This document shows positions 9,562 through 19,513 of a DNA stretch of 64,000 nt, in pieces. The notes below the pieces were generated by a model. The model was not told the DNA's origin. It saw nothing but the letters and a program-made list of their open reading frames with translations, and did not search any database. Positions within the stretch are counted from its first letter, which is position 1. Every line of letters begins with the position of its first letter. This DNA is from a virus. The position numbers and the translations under genes were made by a program. The stretch is from the IMG/VR virus record IMGVR_UViG_3300045988_130413; one strand, written 5' to 3'.

Positions 9562-11095
9562 CTTTCTCTACAATAATTTTTATATCATCCATGTTAATAA
9601 GTTCATAATCATATGTAGTGCAGAACATAGGCTGGATTCTACAAGTACCTAAATCTGCTTTACACCACATAATAATTCCTTTATATCTACCACGTCTATT
9701 TTTATAAACAGACATTTTAATAGTAGGCTTTTCAAAAATATTTGAAGAAAGAATTGAATCAAGAGCATCAATATCTTCTTCTTTAACACTTAATAAAATT
9801 GAACCATAATCAATCTTATCAGCAATAGATTTTGCACCACGAAGTAAATTCTGGTCAGGAGTTTTAGCTTCTTGATAATCTCCATTTAACTGCGTTGCAG
9901 ACATAATAAAGACTCCATACTGATTACAAATATCTTTTAATTTATTTGATAACATAAATAAGATATTATCTTCACGAAGTTTAACTCCACCACTTCTTTT
10001 TGTGATTTCTTCCAAAATTTTCAAACTGGTATGAATATAATCGTGAAAAATATACTTAACATCATGGTCACGAATATTTTTCTTAATTACATTCTCAACA
10101 TCTTTCAATGAAAAATCTGGTAATTCTTCTACATATAATGGACTGCTTTCAAGAATCTCTCCAGCTTTAATGACTCGCTCTTCTTCATCGCCCTCATACT
10201 CACCATTAATGATATGCTCTTCATTTACATTAGAAAGGAAAGCTAACATCATTGTTTGGATTTCTTCAAGTTCCTGCTCTGTTGTAATAAATAAAGTTGG
10301 TTCAGATGTACCATTCTTAATCCATCCAAAAGACTCATCATATATCTTATTACAAGCTATATTACAAGCGTCTGCAATCATTGAACGAGTCTTTCCTATA
10401 CCAGTTGCCGCAGAACGTAAATAAAACTTCTTTAATCTTGCTCCACGAGTAACTGTATTTACTAATCTTCCATAAAGAGGTACTCCTACTTCTGGATGGT
10501 CTTTAAATTTCTGGATTAATTGTAAAACACCTTTTCCAGCTTGAATAGCTTCTCCAGTAGTATCATCAACATATTTTAAACGAATATCACTTATCTTGCG
10601 GTCAACCTTATCCGCAATTTCTTCTAAAGAAGAATTATCTAATAAGTCTTCTTGAAGTTGTTTCTTTTTTATATCTAAGATATTATCTGGGTCATAAATA
10701 TCAGAAACATCTACTCCATAATTATCATACGCTCTTAATAATGTCATCTTCTTTAATCTATTATAATAGAAATCAAAAGATAACTGAGATGCAACATCAG
10801 CTACTTTTAATAGCCATTTATCACCATCATTTTTTTTATATATTGCCGCAGATTTTGGTCTTGAACTTAAAAAATCCGCTAAGTTTTCTAACGTAATAGT
10901 TTTTGCTCCAAGTTCATAAACCTTATAAATAGCACCAAATACAGTTCTATGAAATTCATCTGGAAAATCTTCATCTGTAATAGTATATTTATCTTCAAAC
11001 TCCAAAATCTGAGGATTATTATAAACACATCCAATTACCTGCATTATTGCAGTCACATCGACATACTTACTCGCCACTCTCAGCTTCCTCCTCAT
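9536..11095 (-). CDS. dnaB: DnaB-family replicative DNA helicase
   Basis: Walker A region YLRSAATGIGKTRSMIADACNIA matches the DnaB ARPSMGKT..ALN pattern; N-terminal domain; 519 aa. Confidence 0.7.
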   Translation of the reverse strand: MRRKLRVASKYVDVTAIMQVIGCVYNNPQILEFEDKYTITDEDFPDEFHRTVFGAIYKVYELGAKTITLENLADFLSSRPKSAAIYKKNDGDKWLLKVADVASQLSFDFYYNRLKKMTLLRAYDNYGVDVSDIYDPDNILDIKKKQLQEDLLDNSSLEEIADKVDRKISDIRLKYVDDTTGEAIQAGKGVLQLIQKFKDHPEVGVPLYGRLVNTVTRGARLKKFYLRSAATGIGKTRSMIADACNIACNKIYDESFGWIKNGTSEPTLFITTEQELEEIQTMMLAFLSNVNEEHIINGEYEGDEEERVIKAGEILESSPLYVEELPDFSLKDVENVIKKNIRDHDVKYIFHDYIHTSLKILEEITKRSGGVKLREDNILFMLSNKLKDICNQYGVFIMSATQLNGDYQEAKTPDQNLLRGAKSIADKIDYGSILLSVKEEDIDALDSILSSNIFEKPTIKMSVYKNRRGRYKGIIMWCKADLGTCRIQPMFCTTYDYELINMDDIKIIVEKGAWDDDEE

Positions 11096-11594
11096 CTAAA
11101 AATGCAAATAATCTCCGCTTTCTCAAATTCCTTTTTGGGGGTTCGATTTTTATAACTTTTTCTTTTGAAACAAATTCTTGAACATCTTTATTCTGATTTT
11201 TTTGATTCGCTTCCCAAATGGAATAATAATAATTAAAAGCATCTTTATAAACATAAGGAACGATACCTATGCCGCCATTTGCCTTTTCTGTAGAATTACC
11301 TTTTATCTCATAAAAATAAACTAAAGCTTTTCTAATTCCTGAATAAGTATATTGGTATTGTTCAATGTATGTATTTATTTGTTTTCTAACTCTTGGAGTT
11401 ATAAAGTCATCGCCCAACAATTTAATGATATATTCTTCTAAAGCTATTTTATCAGCTTCTTCTTGTTTTAATCGACTTTGCTCTTTACTTGCACATTCAG
11501 TATGAGCGTATCTTCTTGGTGAGACTTGAACAAAAGAATATTTATCTCTATCAAACGTTTGATGACAATATATACATTTTACTTTATGTGCCAA
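11067..11594 (-). CDS. hypothetical protein with N-terminal zinc ribbon
   Basis: CIYCHQ...HTEC. Confidence 0.4.
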   Translation of the reverse strand: MAHKVKCIYCHQTFDRDKYSFVQVSPRRYAHTECASKEQSRLKQEEADKIALEEYIIKLLGDDFITPRVRKQINTYIEQYQYTYSGIRKALVYFYEIKGNSTEKANGGIGIVPYVYKDAFNYYYSIWEANQKNQNKDVQEFVSKEKVIKIEPPKRNLRKRRLFAFLDEEEAESGE

Positions 11595-11697
11595 ATATTC
11601 TTACTCCTTTCTCCCAATCTATAATAATATTATATCATTTTTCAATAAAAAAGTCAATCCAAGGATATAACTTGGATTGACTTTAAGATTATATATC

Positions 11698-12675
11698 TTA
11701 GCTATGCATTAATTCATCTTCAATCTCAGTTACAATTAAGTTAATCATCTCAACTTGCTCTGGAGTTGCATCCGCAATTTTACGACCTTTACCAAGATAT
11801 TTTTCAATAATCTTTGTAATCTTAGGTCCATTAGCCTCAGAAGTTTGCATTAAATTGCCAACTAACTCCTGGAACTTATTCATTAATGCATCATAATTTA
11901 ATTCCTCTTTTTCAACAGGTTTTTCACGTTCATCTGTAACATACTGATTACCATGCTCAAGAGCTTCTTTATCAATAGCTTTATGAATCTCTTCTACAAG
12001 ATTATCATAACTCATTGGAAACTCACTTGCGATATATTTAAAACGACCACCGCAACTAATAGAATCATCTGGACAACGAAGTGTTAATACAGACATTTCA
12101 TTCTTATTAGACTGATGAGCATATCCATAAATATCAGCCATACCTTCAATAACCTGTCTTGTTGAGTTACTAAGTGCAGGACGAATTACAATTCTTTCTG
12201 TTCCATCATCATTTGTAATTGTCTGCTCTTTGTGGTGACCGATGAAAAATACTGCGTATCCTAACTGAGTTAAACCTCTAAATACATCATTAAATTCATC
12301 TTTAAAAGCAGTCCAACCTTTTCCATATCCAAGGTCTCCAAGAGCCTCAATACCTTTTTGCTGACAGATATATTTCTGACAAAAATCAGAAGCAATATCA
12401 ATAGTGTCAACAACTACGGCATCAAAATTAGCCTTAACTTCTGGCTTTTTAAGCTCTCTCATAACCTGTTTCATATCTCCCCAAGAAGTAACATCCTGAG
12501 CAATTACACCAGGTAATGCGTTATATCCACGTTCAAAAGCAAGTAAAAGTGTTTTTGGCATCTGAACTGCTAAAGTTGTTTTTCCTGTTTTAGGAGCCCC
12601 ATAGATATAAGTGATATATCCACTTAAATCTTTACTAACCTTATGTGGCTCAATATTTAATAAATTAATTCCCAT
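11698..12675 (-). CDS. Sak4-like RecA-fold ATPase (AAA_24 family, recombination)
   Basis: IYGAPKTGKTTLA P-loop; likely start MGINLL at 12675 with AAGGAG RBS (ORF track extends to 12717). Confidence 0.6.
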   Translation of the reverse strand: MGINLLNIEPHKVSKDLSGYITYIYGAPKTGKTTLAVQMPKTLLLAFERGYNALPGVIAQDVTSWGDMKQVMRELKKPEVKANFDAVVVDTIDIASDFCQKYICQQKGIEALGDLGYGKGWTAFKDEFNDVFRGLTQLGYAVFFIGHHKEQTITNDDGTERIVIRPALSNSTRQVIEGMADIYGYAHQSNKNEMSVLTLRCPDDSISCGGRFKYIASEFPMSYDNLVEEIHKAIDKEALEHGNQYVTDEREKPVEKEELNYDALMNKFQELVGNLMQTSEANGPKITKIIEKYLGKGRKIADATPEQVEMINLIVTEIEDELMHS

Positions 12676-12726
12676 TCTTTTCTCCTTCTTGCGGCATTGG
12701 CATCCGACCACCCGCAATTTTTATTT

Positions 12727-12900
12727 TAATCAATTCTTACAACATCTTTTAAAATTTCACAATTAGGATTTGCACTGTCACCATTATAAAATTCATTTTG
12801 TATATAAATATCTTCTTTTGATACAATTCCCATATCATTTACTACAATCGCATCTTTTGGATACGACTGTAGTAAAATAATTAATTCAGAAACTGTCATT
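12727..12900 (-). CDS. hypothetical 57-aa protein (translationally coupled, TAATG overlap)
   Basis: Manual translation MTVSELIILLQSYPKDAIVVNDMGIVSKEDIYIQNEFYNGDSANPNCEILKDVVRID; below ORF-track size cutoff. Confidence 0.3.
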
Positions 12901-13846
12901 AGAAGTTAAATGCGCCGCCGCCCTTTGCAGGAGTTGCAGAAGTTGGAGCGGCTGCCTGTCCTTTAGAAGCCTTATACTCGTCCTGACGTTTCTTCACATC
13001 AGCAAGATAAACTTCTCTATTTGCAAGAGCCTCAGTCAGCTCTGCCGCAGTAATTGTGCTTACATCATCCCATACATATGGATCTGGAAGAGCCCAAGTG
13101 ATAACCCAATCTTTTCTATTAGACTGAACTGTTCTTACATAAGGCTCACCAAATGCAGACTCTTCAGTAATTGTACGAGTAATTACTTCAGATACCTGAC
13201 GACCTTTTACTTTTGTAAATACAGGTTCTTTTGCAGATGCGCCAAGTCCCTCAAAATAAGAGATAGCTCCTGGATTAATTGCTGAAAATTCAACAGGAAG
13301 AACTGCACCTCTGAAATCGAAAATCGCACCTTTGATAATAGCTTTCTCAGGAGTATTCTGCTCTTCATTTGCATCAATAGTTCTTACATTTGTAATAAGA
13401 ATATCAGCTTCAAAAGTATTTCTCATTTTCTCGTCTTCGTTCAAATCAACGCAAGTATGAACAAATCCGCCCTCATTTCTCTTTACAGAAATAAGTTTCT
13501 CTTCACCATTTTTATCAGAGTAAAACTCATTTAAACCAACCGCAGAATCAACACGAACTTTTGCGGCATTCTCTTTGCCATGTTCCATTACAGAACCAAG
13601 TTCTCCATTGATAATCTGATTAAGAATACCAAATGTTGCATTTGTATTTCCTTTTGCAGTTGTTGCTGTTACATATGTAAAATGAACAGGTACAATATTT
13701 GTCATATCATTATCAGTGGCAATACTAAGATTACCCATAATAAATTTAGTTCCTGGATGTTTTGAATTTGCGCCAGACTCTCTTAACTGTAAGTCATGCT
13801 CATAAATAAACCCTTCCACATGTGTACGATTCACCATACTCTTCAT
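12899..13846 (-). CDS. hypothetical protein, possible ssDNA-binding protein
   Basis: Sits next to Sak4-like ATPase; OB-like N-terminal region; weak call. Confidence 0.3.
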   Translation of the reverse strand: MKSMVNRTHVEGFIYEHDLQLRESGANSKHPGTKFIMGNLSIATDNDMTNIVPVHFTYVTATTAKGNTNATFGILNQIINGELGSVMEHGKENAAKVRVDSAVGLNEFYSDKNGEEKLISVKRNEGGFVHTCVDLNEDEKMRNTFEADILITNVRTIDANEEQNTPEKAIIKGAIFDFRGAVLPVEFSAINPGAISYFEGLGASAKEPVFTKVKGRQVSEVITRTITEESAFGEPYVRTVQSNRKDWVITWALPDPYVWDDVSTITAAELTEALANREVYLADVKKRQDEYKASKGQAAAPTSATPAKGGGAFNF

Positions 13847-13888
13847 ATTATTCTATTCTCCTTAATTATATTTATTCTTTTTATTTGA

Positions 13889-14272
13889 TTAGTCATTAAT
13901 ATTAACTGTTTTTCCATTATCTGTTAAAGCATAGACAACTGGGTCTGACCCAATCTTCTCAACATAGCCATCTTTAACAAGTTTCTGAATTGCTCCAGAT
14001 ACAGTTCTTGAAGAAACAAACATTCCTTCTGCAATATCTTTTGCTTTACCCATTGGCATATCAGAAACATGCTCCTGCATATATTTTAAAATCATTTTTC
14101 CATTATCAGTAAATAATGGTTTATCAGAAGTACCTTTTCCTTTAAAAGCCTCCCAATAAGCAATTACATCTGGGTCAACATCTGCCATATCTAAATCTGC
14201 AAATAATGAATCTATACATTCAATAAATTTTTCTTTTTTACTCATTCTTTTTAACTCGCTTTCATCTTTCAT
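13889..14272 (-). CDS. winged-helix (MarR/GntR-like) DNA-binding protein
   Basis: KDIAEGMFVSSRTVSGAIQKLVKDGYV HTH. Confidence 0.5.
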   Translation of the reverse strand: MKDESELKRMSKKEKFIECIDSLFADLDMADVDPDVIAYWEAFKGKGTSDKPLFTDNGKMILKYMQEHVSDMPMGKAKDIAEGMFVSSRTVSGAIQKLVKDGYVEKIGSDPVVYALTDNGKTVNIND

Positions 14273-14320
14273 CTTATAAGTATATTATAACATTTTTTTT
14301 AAATAAAAATCAATATTGTT

Positions 14321-15217
14321 TTACTTACTTTCTGTTGTATTGTTGTCTGTAAAGATAAAATCGTCAGAATAAGGTAAAGAATGAGCAAATTTAATGAAAC
14401 TCTCATTGATAAATTCTTCGCCATCTCCAGACCATTCTGTAAGTTTATGATGGCCCCTCTGATGAACCATAGCCAGAACGTTTTCATAATTCATTGTGAC
14501 AGTTCTTGTCTGAAGCCAAGATTCTGGTAACCAACGAACGAGTTCTTTCCAATAACGTTTATCTTTAGTTTGTAAATAAGCAAGTCTAAGCTCTTCTAAT
14601 CTATCAATAAGGTCATCAACAAACATATCCATATGCCAGTGGTCAGTAAAACCATTTTCTCCAGCAAGAGATTGGTCTGTAAAATCGACAGATAAATCTT
14701 GGTCATAATCATCAATTTCAAAACAATCTTTTGTGATTGGCTTACTTGTAAGTTTATGCATTGTAGAAGTAGAATTAGCTGTAGTACCTACTTTATAAGT
14801 ATCAAATTCCTTCCACCAGAAAAGTGGGGCTGTAATGTCAACTGTTACCATAATTTGTCTTAAAAATTTTCTATGCTCGGAACCGCCATTAATAAGAGCC
14901 TTAGCAAGCTTCATATCATTCGGACCAATAAAAGCGACATTAGCTAACTGATGGTCAAAATTAATTTCAAGAATACCATTATTTAAAAGCCATCTATCAT
15001 ATTCTTCTTGAGCCATAAGAGCCTCATTATCTGCATCAGATGGATAATTAGGGAATTTTTTCTGAACCCACTCTTCAGCAACTTCATAATCATGCTCATC
15101 ATCATCTATATTGATAAGCCCAAAATAACTATCGCTTAAATTCCAAGAATTTTTTGGATTTCTCATTCCTCTTAAAGCATTTTCAAAATTATAAACTTTT
15201 ATATTTTCAAATTTCAT
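14321..15217 (-). CDS. ThyX-fold (flavin-dependent thymidylate synthase-like) protein with divergent active-site motif
   Basis: GSEHRKFLRQIMVTVDITAPLFWWKEF matches ThyX pattern HETPFEH..F..H.KAPIFVARQW but RHR...S motif is replaced (DTYKVGTTANSTS). Confidence 0.45.
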   Translation of the reverse strand: MKFENIKVYNFENALRGMRNPKNSWNLSDSYFGLINIDDDEHDYEVAEEWVQKKFPNYPSDADNEALMAQEEYDRWLLNNGILEINFDHQLANVAFIGPNDMKLAKALINGGSEHRKFLRQIMVTVDITAPLFWWKEFDTYKVGTTANSTSTMHKLTSKPITKDCFEIDDYDQDLSVDFTDQSLAGENGFTDHWHMDMFVDDLIDRLEELRLAYLQTKDKRYWKELVRWLPESWLQTRTVTMNYENVLAMVHQRGHHKLTEWSGDGEEFINESFIKFAHSLPYSDDFIFTDNNTTESK

Positions 15218-15220
15218 TCT

Positions 15221-15544
15221 TTATTTACCTCTGGTTTTTGTATCATAACTAATTGAATATGGTTTCATATCTTCTGCTTTAATTGATAAACTTCCAGTAG
15301 TAGTTGTTACTGTTGGTGTACTAATTTTAGCATTATTAGTAACATCTGGATTATTTAATAAAGTTACATTACCGTTTGTTGCAGTAGTCCAATAGTAAGG
15401 ATTTGGACGATTAGGATAAGTTGGTATAGGTCTATTTCCCTCATTATAACCTTCCCAATAAGCTTCATTTAAAAGGTCTTGAAGTTCTTTCTGCGTTAAA
15501 GTAATATAACCTTTTTGGTCAGTTGTAAATACTTTAATCTTCAT
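15221..15544 (-). CDS. hypothetical protein
   Basis: 107-aa ORF. Confidence 0.35.
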   Translation of the reverse strand: MKIKVFTTDQKGYITLTQKELQDLLNEAYWEGYNEGNRPIPTYPNRPNPYYWTTATNGNVTLLNNPDVTNNAKISTPTVTTTTGSLSIKAEDMKPYSISYDTKTRGK

Positions 15545-15827
15545 TTGATACTGTAAATCCTTTCAACTTAAAATGATTTTTCATTAATATATAATAAGAA
15601 AATTGTTCAATATTATCAACAAAGACCTCTTTAGCAGTGTCAGATATGTCTCCTGCGGTAAGGGCTTCTTGATAACTAATAAAATCAATGCCAGTTATTC
15701 CATAAGAATAAGCTCTTTCTCTCATATCTTGCGGACACTGACAAATAATCGGAACACCGGCTTCTTTTGCAAGTAAGAATAATCGAGAAGTTTTTCCTGT
15801 CCCTCGTCCATCAATAATTCTATACAT
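15534..15827 (-). CDS. small P-loop protein
   Basis: GRGTGKTS Walker A. Confidence 0.35.
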   Translation of the reverse strand: MYRIIDGRGTGKTSRLFLLAKEAGVPIICQCPQDMRERAYSYGITGIDFISYQEALTAGDISDTAKEVFVDNIEQFSYYILMKNHFKLKGFTVSNED

Positions 15828-15842
15828 AACAATTTTCTCCTT

Positions 15843-16835
15843 TTATTTTATACTATAACCAAATTCTTTTGCTTTAAAAAAATCTTGCCAATAATCTTCT
15901 CTATCATTTAATTGAGATTTTGTACACTCTTCAATGATTTCAAATGAAAAATTTTCAACTCCAACAGTCTGCATAATAGGATAAAGTTTATTGCGGGTCG
16001 GAGTATCTGCGCCCAATCCACGCTTAATATGCTGTTTCCAACGTTCAGCAATATTCGTACTCTGTCCGACATAACACATATTATTTTGTAAATTTGTGAT
16101 TTTATAAATACCGCAATGAACGCCAGAACCAATTACTCTACCAATTAAATCAGTATAAGGTTTTTCATAATATGTTTTCCATATAACCTTATTAACAGGT
16201 TCAGGATTTCTAAAATGAGAAATAATTTTCCTTAATTCACAAATTTCATCTAAATCATCTTGAGTTAAATTTAATTTATAAAAATCAGTTTTATTCTTAT
16301 TCTCTTCATTGCGTTTATCATATGCAACTGCGGCCTCTACCTTATGCCGCAAATCTTCTAACTGAGATTCTTCAAATTGAATTTTTTCATTTAATTTCTT
16401 TATCTTTTGGACACTTTCTTGCTCTTTGTCCAAATAATCCTGTACTAAATCTTTAGCCAATTCTTCATAACTATCTTCTAAACTGTGCTTGGTATCCATG
16501 AAAATAGCATGAATTTCTTCTGTATCAGTGTGAAATTTCTGTTTATAAAAATCAAGCATTTGTTGATAATATTTCTTCGCACTTTCTTCTGAAGTCTTAT
16601 ACTCTTTATCAACATCTTGTTTTAATTGTTTATATTCTTGCAATTTTTGTTCATATTGTTCTTTTAAGTAATCCGTTCTTTGCTCCATTGCTTGTAACTC
16701 AAATTGAACGGCTTTATTCTTTTCGAGAATTTCTTTATCTTCCTCTTGAGTAACTTTGACTTTTGGTTGCATAAACAGATATACTAACCCAGCCCCCAAT
16801 ATAAGACAAAAAATTGCTATAATTACAGTAATCAT
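15843..16835 (-). CDS. membrane-anchored coiled-coil protein with C-terminal GIY-YIG nuclease domain
   Basis: N-terminal TM helix MITVIIAIFCLILGAGLVYLF, ~200 aa K/E/Q-rich coiled coil, then GIYKITNLQNNMCYVGQSTNIAERWKQH...FSFEIIEE. Confidence 0.6.
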   Translation of the reverse strand: MITVIIAIFCLILGAGLVYLFMQPKVKVTQEEDKEILEKNKAVQFELQAMEQRTDYLKEQYEQKLQEYKQLKQDVDKEYKTSEESAKKYYQQMLDFYKQKFHTDTEEIHAIFMDTKHSLEDSYEELAKDLVQDYLDKEQESVQKIKKLNEKIQFEESQLEDLRHKVEAAVAYDKRNEENKNKTDFYKLNLTQDDLDEICELRKIISHFRNPEPVNKVIWKTYYEKPYTDLIGRVIGSGVHCGIYKITNLQNNMCYVGQSTNIAERWKQHIKRGLGADTPTRNKLYPIMQTVGVENFSFEIIEECTKSQLNDREDYWQDFFKAKEFGYSIK

Positions 16836-16850
16836 ATTTTGTTAAAAAAA

Positions 16851-16872
16851 GAGATAAGTGTTACCTTATCTC
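16851..16872. terminator. bidirectional hairpin terminator
   Basis: GAGATAAG-TGTTAC-CTTATCTC flanked by A-run and T-run. Confidence 0.5.
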
Positions 16873-16901
16873 TTTTAATTTATATTACAAAAATAATTTA
16901 A

Positions 16902-17177
16902 TTACTCAGCTTCATCTTCAGCGTCTGGGTCGAAGCTCATGCCAGCTGGTGTAAGAGACAAGAACTTAACTGCCTTATGACTTCCGTCCTCAAGCTCAAC
17001 TTCTGCAGGAGTACGAACTCCAAGACCTTTTCTCTGAATAGCGGAAGTAAAGATTCCATCTACACGTTTCTTCTCAATTCCGAGTGCCTCTGCTACATCT
17101 GCTGCTGTAACCTTCGCATCTCCGATAGTCTTTAAATACTCAAATACTTTACGTGAATTTTCTTTCATTTTTGCCAT
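16902..17177 (-). CDS. hypothetical acidic-tailed DNA-binding-like protein
   Basis: 91-aa ORF, HTH-like AADVAEALGIEKKRV. Confidence 0.35.
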   Translation of the reverse strand: MAKMKENSRKVFEYLKTIGDAKVTAADVAEALGIEKKRVDGIFTSAIQRKGLGVRTPAEVELEDGSHKAVKFLSLTPAGMSFDPDAEDEAE

Positions 17178-17276
17178 AATAACAAATCTCCTTTAATTAA
17201 ATAATTTTATTGTTTGTGTAATTTTTCTAAGCTCTCTTAGCTTATGTAATTATTATATCAAAAAAATATTTTTAAG

Positions 17277-17471
17277 TCAAGAATTATTTTTTAAAATTTT
17301 TTGAACCATCTCATCGACACGTTCTATTTCCTCTAATGAGGAGAGCTTACTGGATAAAGCAATTATTGTATCCATCGCATATTTTCTTTCCTTTTGATCA
17401 GTGGAATTCTGAATAGTTGATTCAGCCTTTGCGATTTGTTTAGCTAAATTCTTGATTTCTTTCTTATTCAT
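17277..17471 (-). CDS. hypothetical coiled-coil protein
   Basis: 64-aa ORF. Confidence 0.3.
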   Translation of the reverse strand: MNKKEIKNLAKQIAKAESTIQNSTDQKERKYAMDTIIALSSKLSSLEEIERVDEMVQKILKNNS

Positions 17472-17524
17472 ATTTTTTTCTATCCTTATCTTTATTACAA
17501 TTTAATTATAACATTTTTTTTAAA

Positions 17525-19465
17525 TTAAGTCAAAAACTTTTGTACGAAATTCTGTTCCGAAAGAATAGGAATCTCAAGCTTTTTGGCTGCTAAGTTTTTA
17601 GAAGATGTTGAATTTACATCATTGTTAATAAGATACTTTACATTCTTACTAATAGAACCTACTACTTTACCACCAGCAGATTCAATAGCAGACTGCAATG
17701 CCGCACGATTTTTAAACATGGTTAATTTACCTGTAATAACTACAGTAACGCCATCAAGAGTCTGCGCCGCAGATTCTTCAACTTCTTCTACTTCTGGAAT
17801 AGAAATATAATTATTATAAATTCTATCTGCTTCAGAATAATCGAACTTCCAAATAGCTAAAGTTTTACTATCTGCAAAGCCTTCAAATTGAGCAAAATCA
17901 AATCTATTATTAACTTTATCTCTAAAATCAGAATATGACTTAATATATTTTGTGAGTTCTTTTGCTACACTATTTCCAATTAACGGGATGCCAAGAGCCA
18001 CAATAAATTTATCCAAAGATACTTCTTTAGATTTTTCTATTGCATTTAGAATATTATCAACAGATTTTACACCAAAACCTGGTTTCTTAATCCATTCTTC
18101 TCTGTATTGTTTTAATTCAAAAATATCTCCAATAGAACTAATCCAGCCCCAATCAATTAATTTTTCAATAGTAGCTTTTGAAACCCCCTTTATATCTAAA
18201 CCTTTTTTGCCTGCAAAATGGTCTAATCGAGTAGACAATTTTCCTTCGCAATTTGGATTTGGACAATATACATTCTCTACACCAGAATCAGATTCTTTAA
18301 CAGTCAATGGTTCATCACAACATGAGCATCTTAATGGCATACGAATACGATATTTAGCTTCAATATGCTCAGGATGTTCTGCCCATGTAACTTGCGGGAT
18401 AATCATATTCATTTTTGCTACTTTAATTTTTTGTCCTCTAAAAGGAGTCTTTAAAACTTCTTTTAAGACACTTAAATTATGTAAACTTGCTCTTGAAATA
18501 ACAGAACCGTCCGCGTCAACTGACTCAAAAATAGCTACAGGAGTATATACACCTGTTCTACCCATACTCCATTCAATACCTTCAAGAGTAGTTTCATATT
18601 CCTCATCATAAAATTTAAAAGCATATGCCGCACGAACATGATGAATAGTTTCTCCTAAACTTTGACCATATGTGATATTATCAAATCTTCCAACTAATCC
18701 GTCTATTGGATAACCAAGAGTCTTAGCCAATTCAATAAGATATTCTCTTGCATCCCAATCAAAACTTGGGGTAAATGGAACAATAATGAAGCCTAAACTT
18801 CTTGCAGATTCAAGTTTTTTCATAAAAGAATTTTCTTCATCAAATCCTTTTATAACATTCCAAGCTACAAAAGTTAAGTTACGCTTTTTACATTCATTTG
18901 CATCCAAAAGACGAATACTTCCAGATGCGAAGTTACGAGGATTTTTATATTCATCTTCAAAGGGTTTGAAATCCTTATATGTACAAATTACTTCACCATC
19001 AATTATAAATTCATCTTTATAATCAATAGTTTGCGGGATAGACCTTAATGTGTGGGCATTATGAAGAATGTCCTCGCCAATGATTCCGTCTCCACGGGTT
19101 TCCGCAGATACAAGTTTACCATCAACATATCTTAAACTACAAGTTAATCCGTCCATTTTAAGCATTTCGCAAACATCTTCAAATGGATTAAGCTTGGCAA
19201 AATAGCCAATAAATTCATCCCAATCTTTAGTTTTATCCAAAGACAGCATTTTATGATTATGCTTAACCTTCTGTAACTCAGATATTACTTCATATGAAAT
19301 ACTATTTGTAGGAGAATTAGGAAGAACAATACCCGTTTCTTTTTCCATTTCTTTTAATTTAAAATATAATTCATCCCACTCTTTGTCTGATACTTCTGGA
19401 TGTCCCTCATCATATGCTTTTGTCCAATTATTTAAGGTTTGAACAATATTATTCATTTCATTCAT
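17525..19465 (-). CDS. ligA: NAD-dependent DNA ligase
   Basis: KMDGLT (KxDG), Zn finger CPNPNCEGK, C-terminal BRCT-like; 646 aa. Confidence 0.8.
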   Translation of the reverse strand: MNEMNNIVQTLNNWTKAYDEGHPEVSDKEWDELYFKLKEMEKETGIVLPNSPTNSISYEVISELQKVKHNHKMLSLDKTKDWDEFIGYFAKLNPFEDVCEMLKMDGLTCSLRYVDGKLVSAETRGDGIIGEDILHNAHTLRSIPQTIDYKDEFIIDGEVICTYKDFKPFEDEYKNPRNFASGSIRLLDANECKKRNLTFVAWNVIKGFDEENSFMKKLESARSLGFIIVPFTPSFDWDAREYLIELAKTLGYPIDGLVGRFDNITYGQSLGETIHHVRAAYAFKFYDEEYETTLEGIEWSMGRTGVYTPVAIFESVDADGSVISRASLHNLSVLKEVLKTPFRGQKIKVAKMNMIIPQVTWAEHPEHIEAKYRIRMPLRCSCCDEPLTVKESDSGVENVYCPNPNCEGKLSTRLDHFAGKKGLDIKGVSKATIEKLIDWGWISSIGDIFELKQYREEWIKKPGFGVKSVDNILNAIEKSKEVSLDKFIVALGIPLIGNSVAKELTKYIKSYSDFRDKVNNRFDFAQFEGFADSKTLAIWKFDYSEADRIYNNYISIPEVEEVEESAAQTLDGVTVVITGKLTMFKNRAALQSAIESAGGKVVGSISKNVKYLINNDVNSTSSKNLAAKKLEIPILSEQNFVQKFLT

Positions 19466-19491
19466 TTATATATTCTCCTTTTGGAAAAGAT

Positions 19492-19513
19492 AAGTGGGAA
19501 ATAAATCCCACTT
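19492..19513 (-). terminator. hairpin terminator after gyrA-like gene
   Basis: AAGTGGGA-AATAAA-TCCCACTT. Confidence 0.5.

Noticed and set aside
17952-18611. 219-aa plus-strand ORF (and other plus-strand ORFs such as 37215..37931, 52888..53370, 35295..35618, 20272..20541)
   Set aside because: Each lies entirely inside a well-supported minus-strand gene (ligase, VWA/hypothetical, rsr, PurA-like, gyrA). All give low-complexity translations with no RBS, so they are antisense artefacts.
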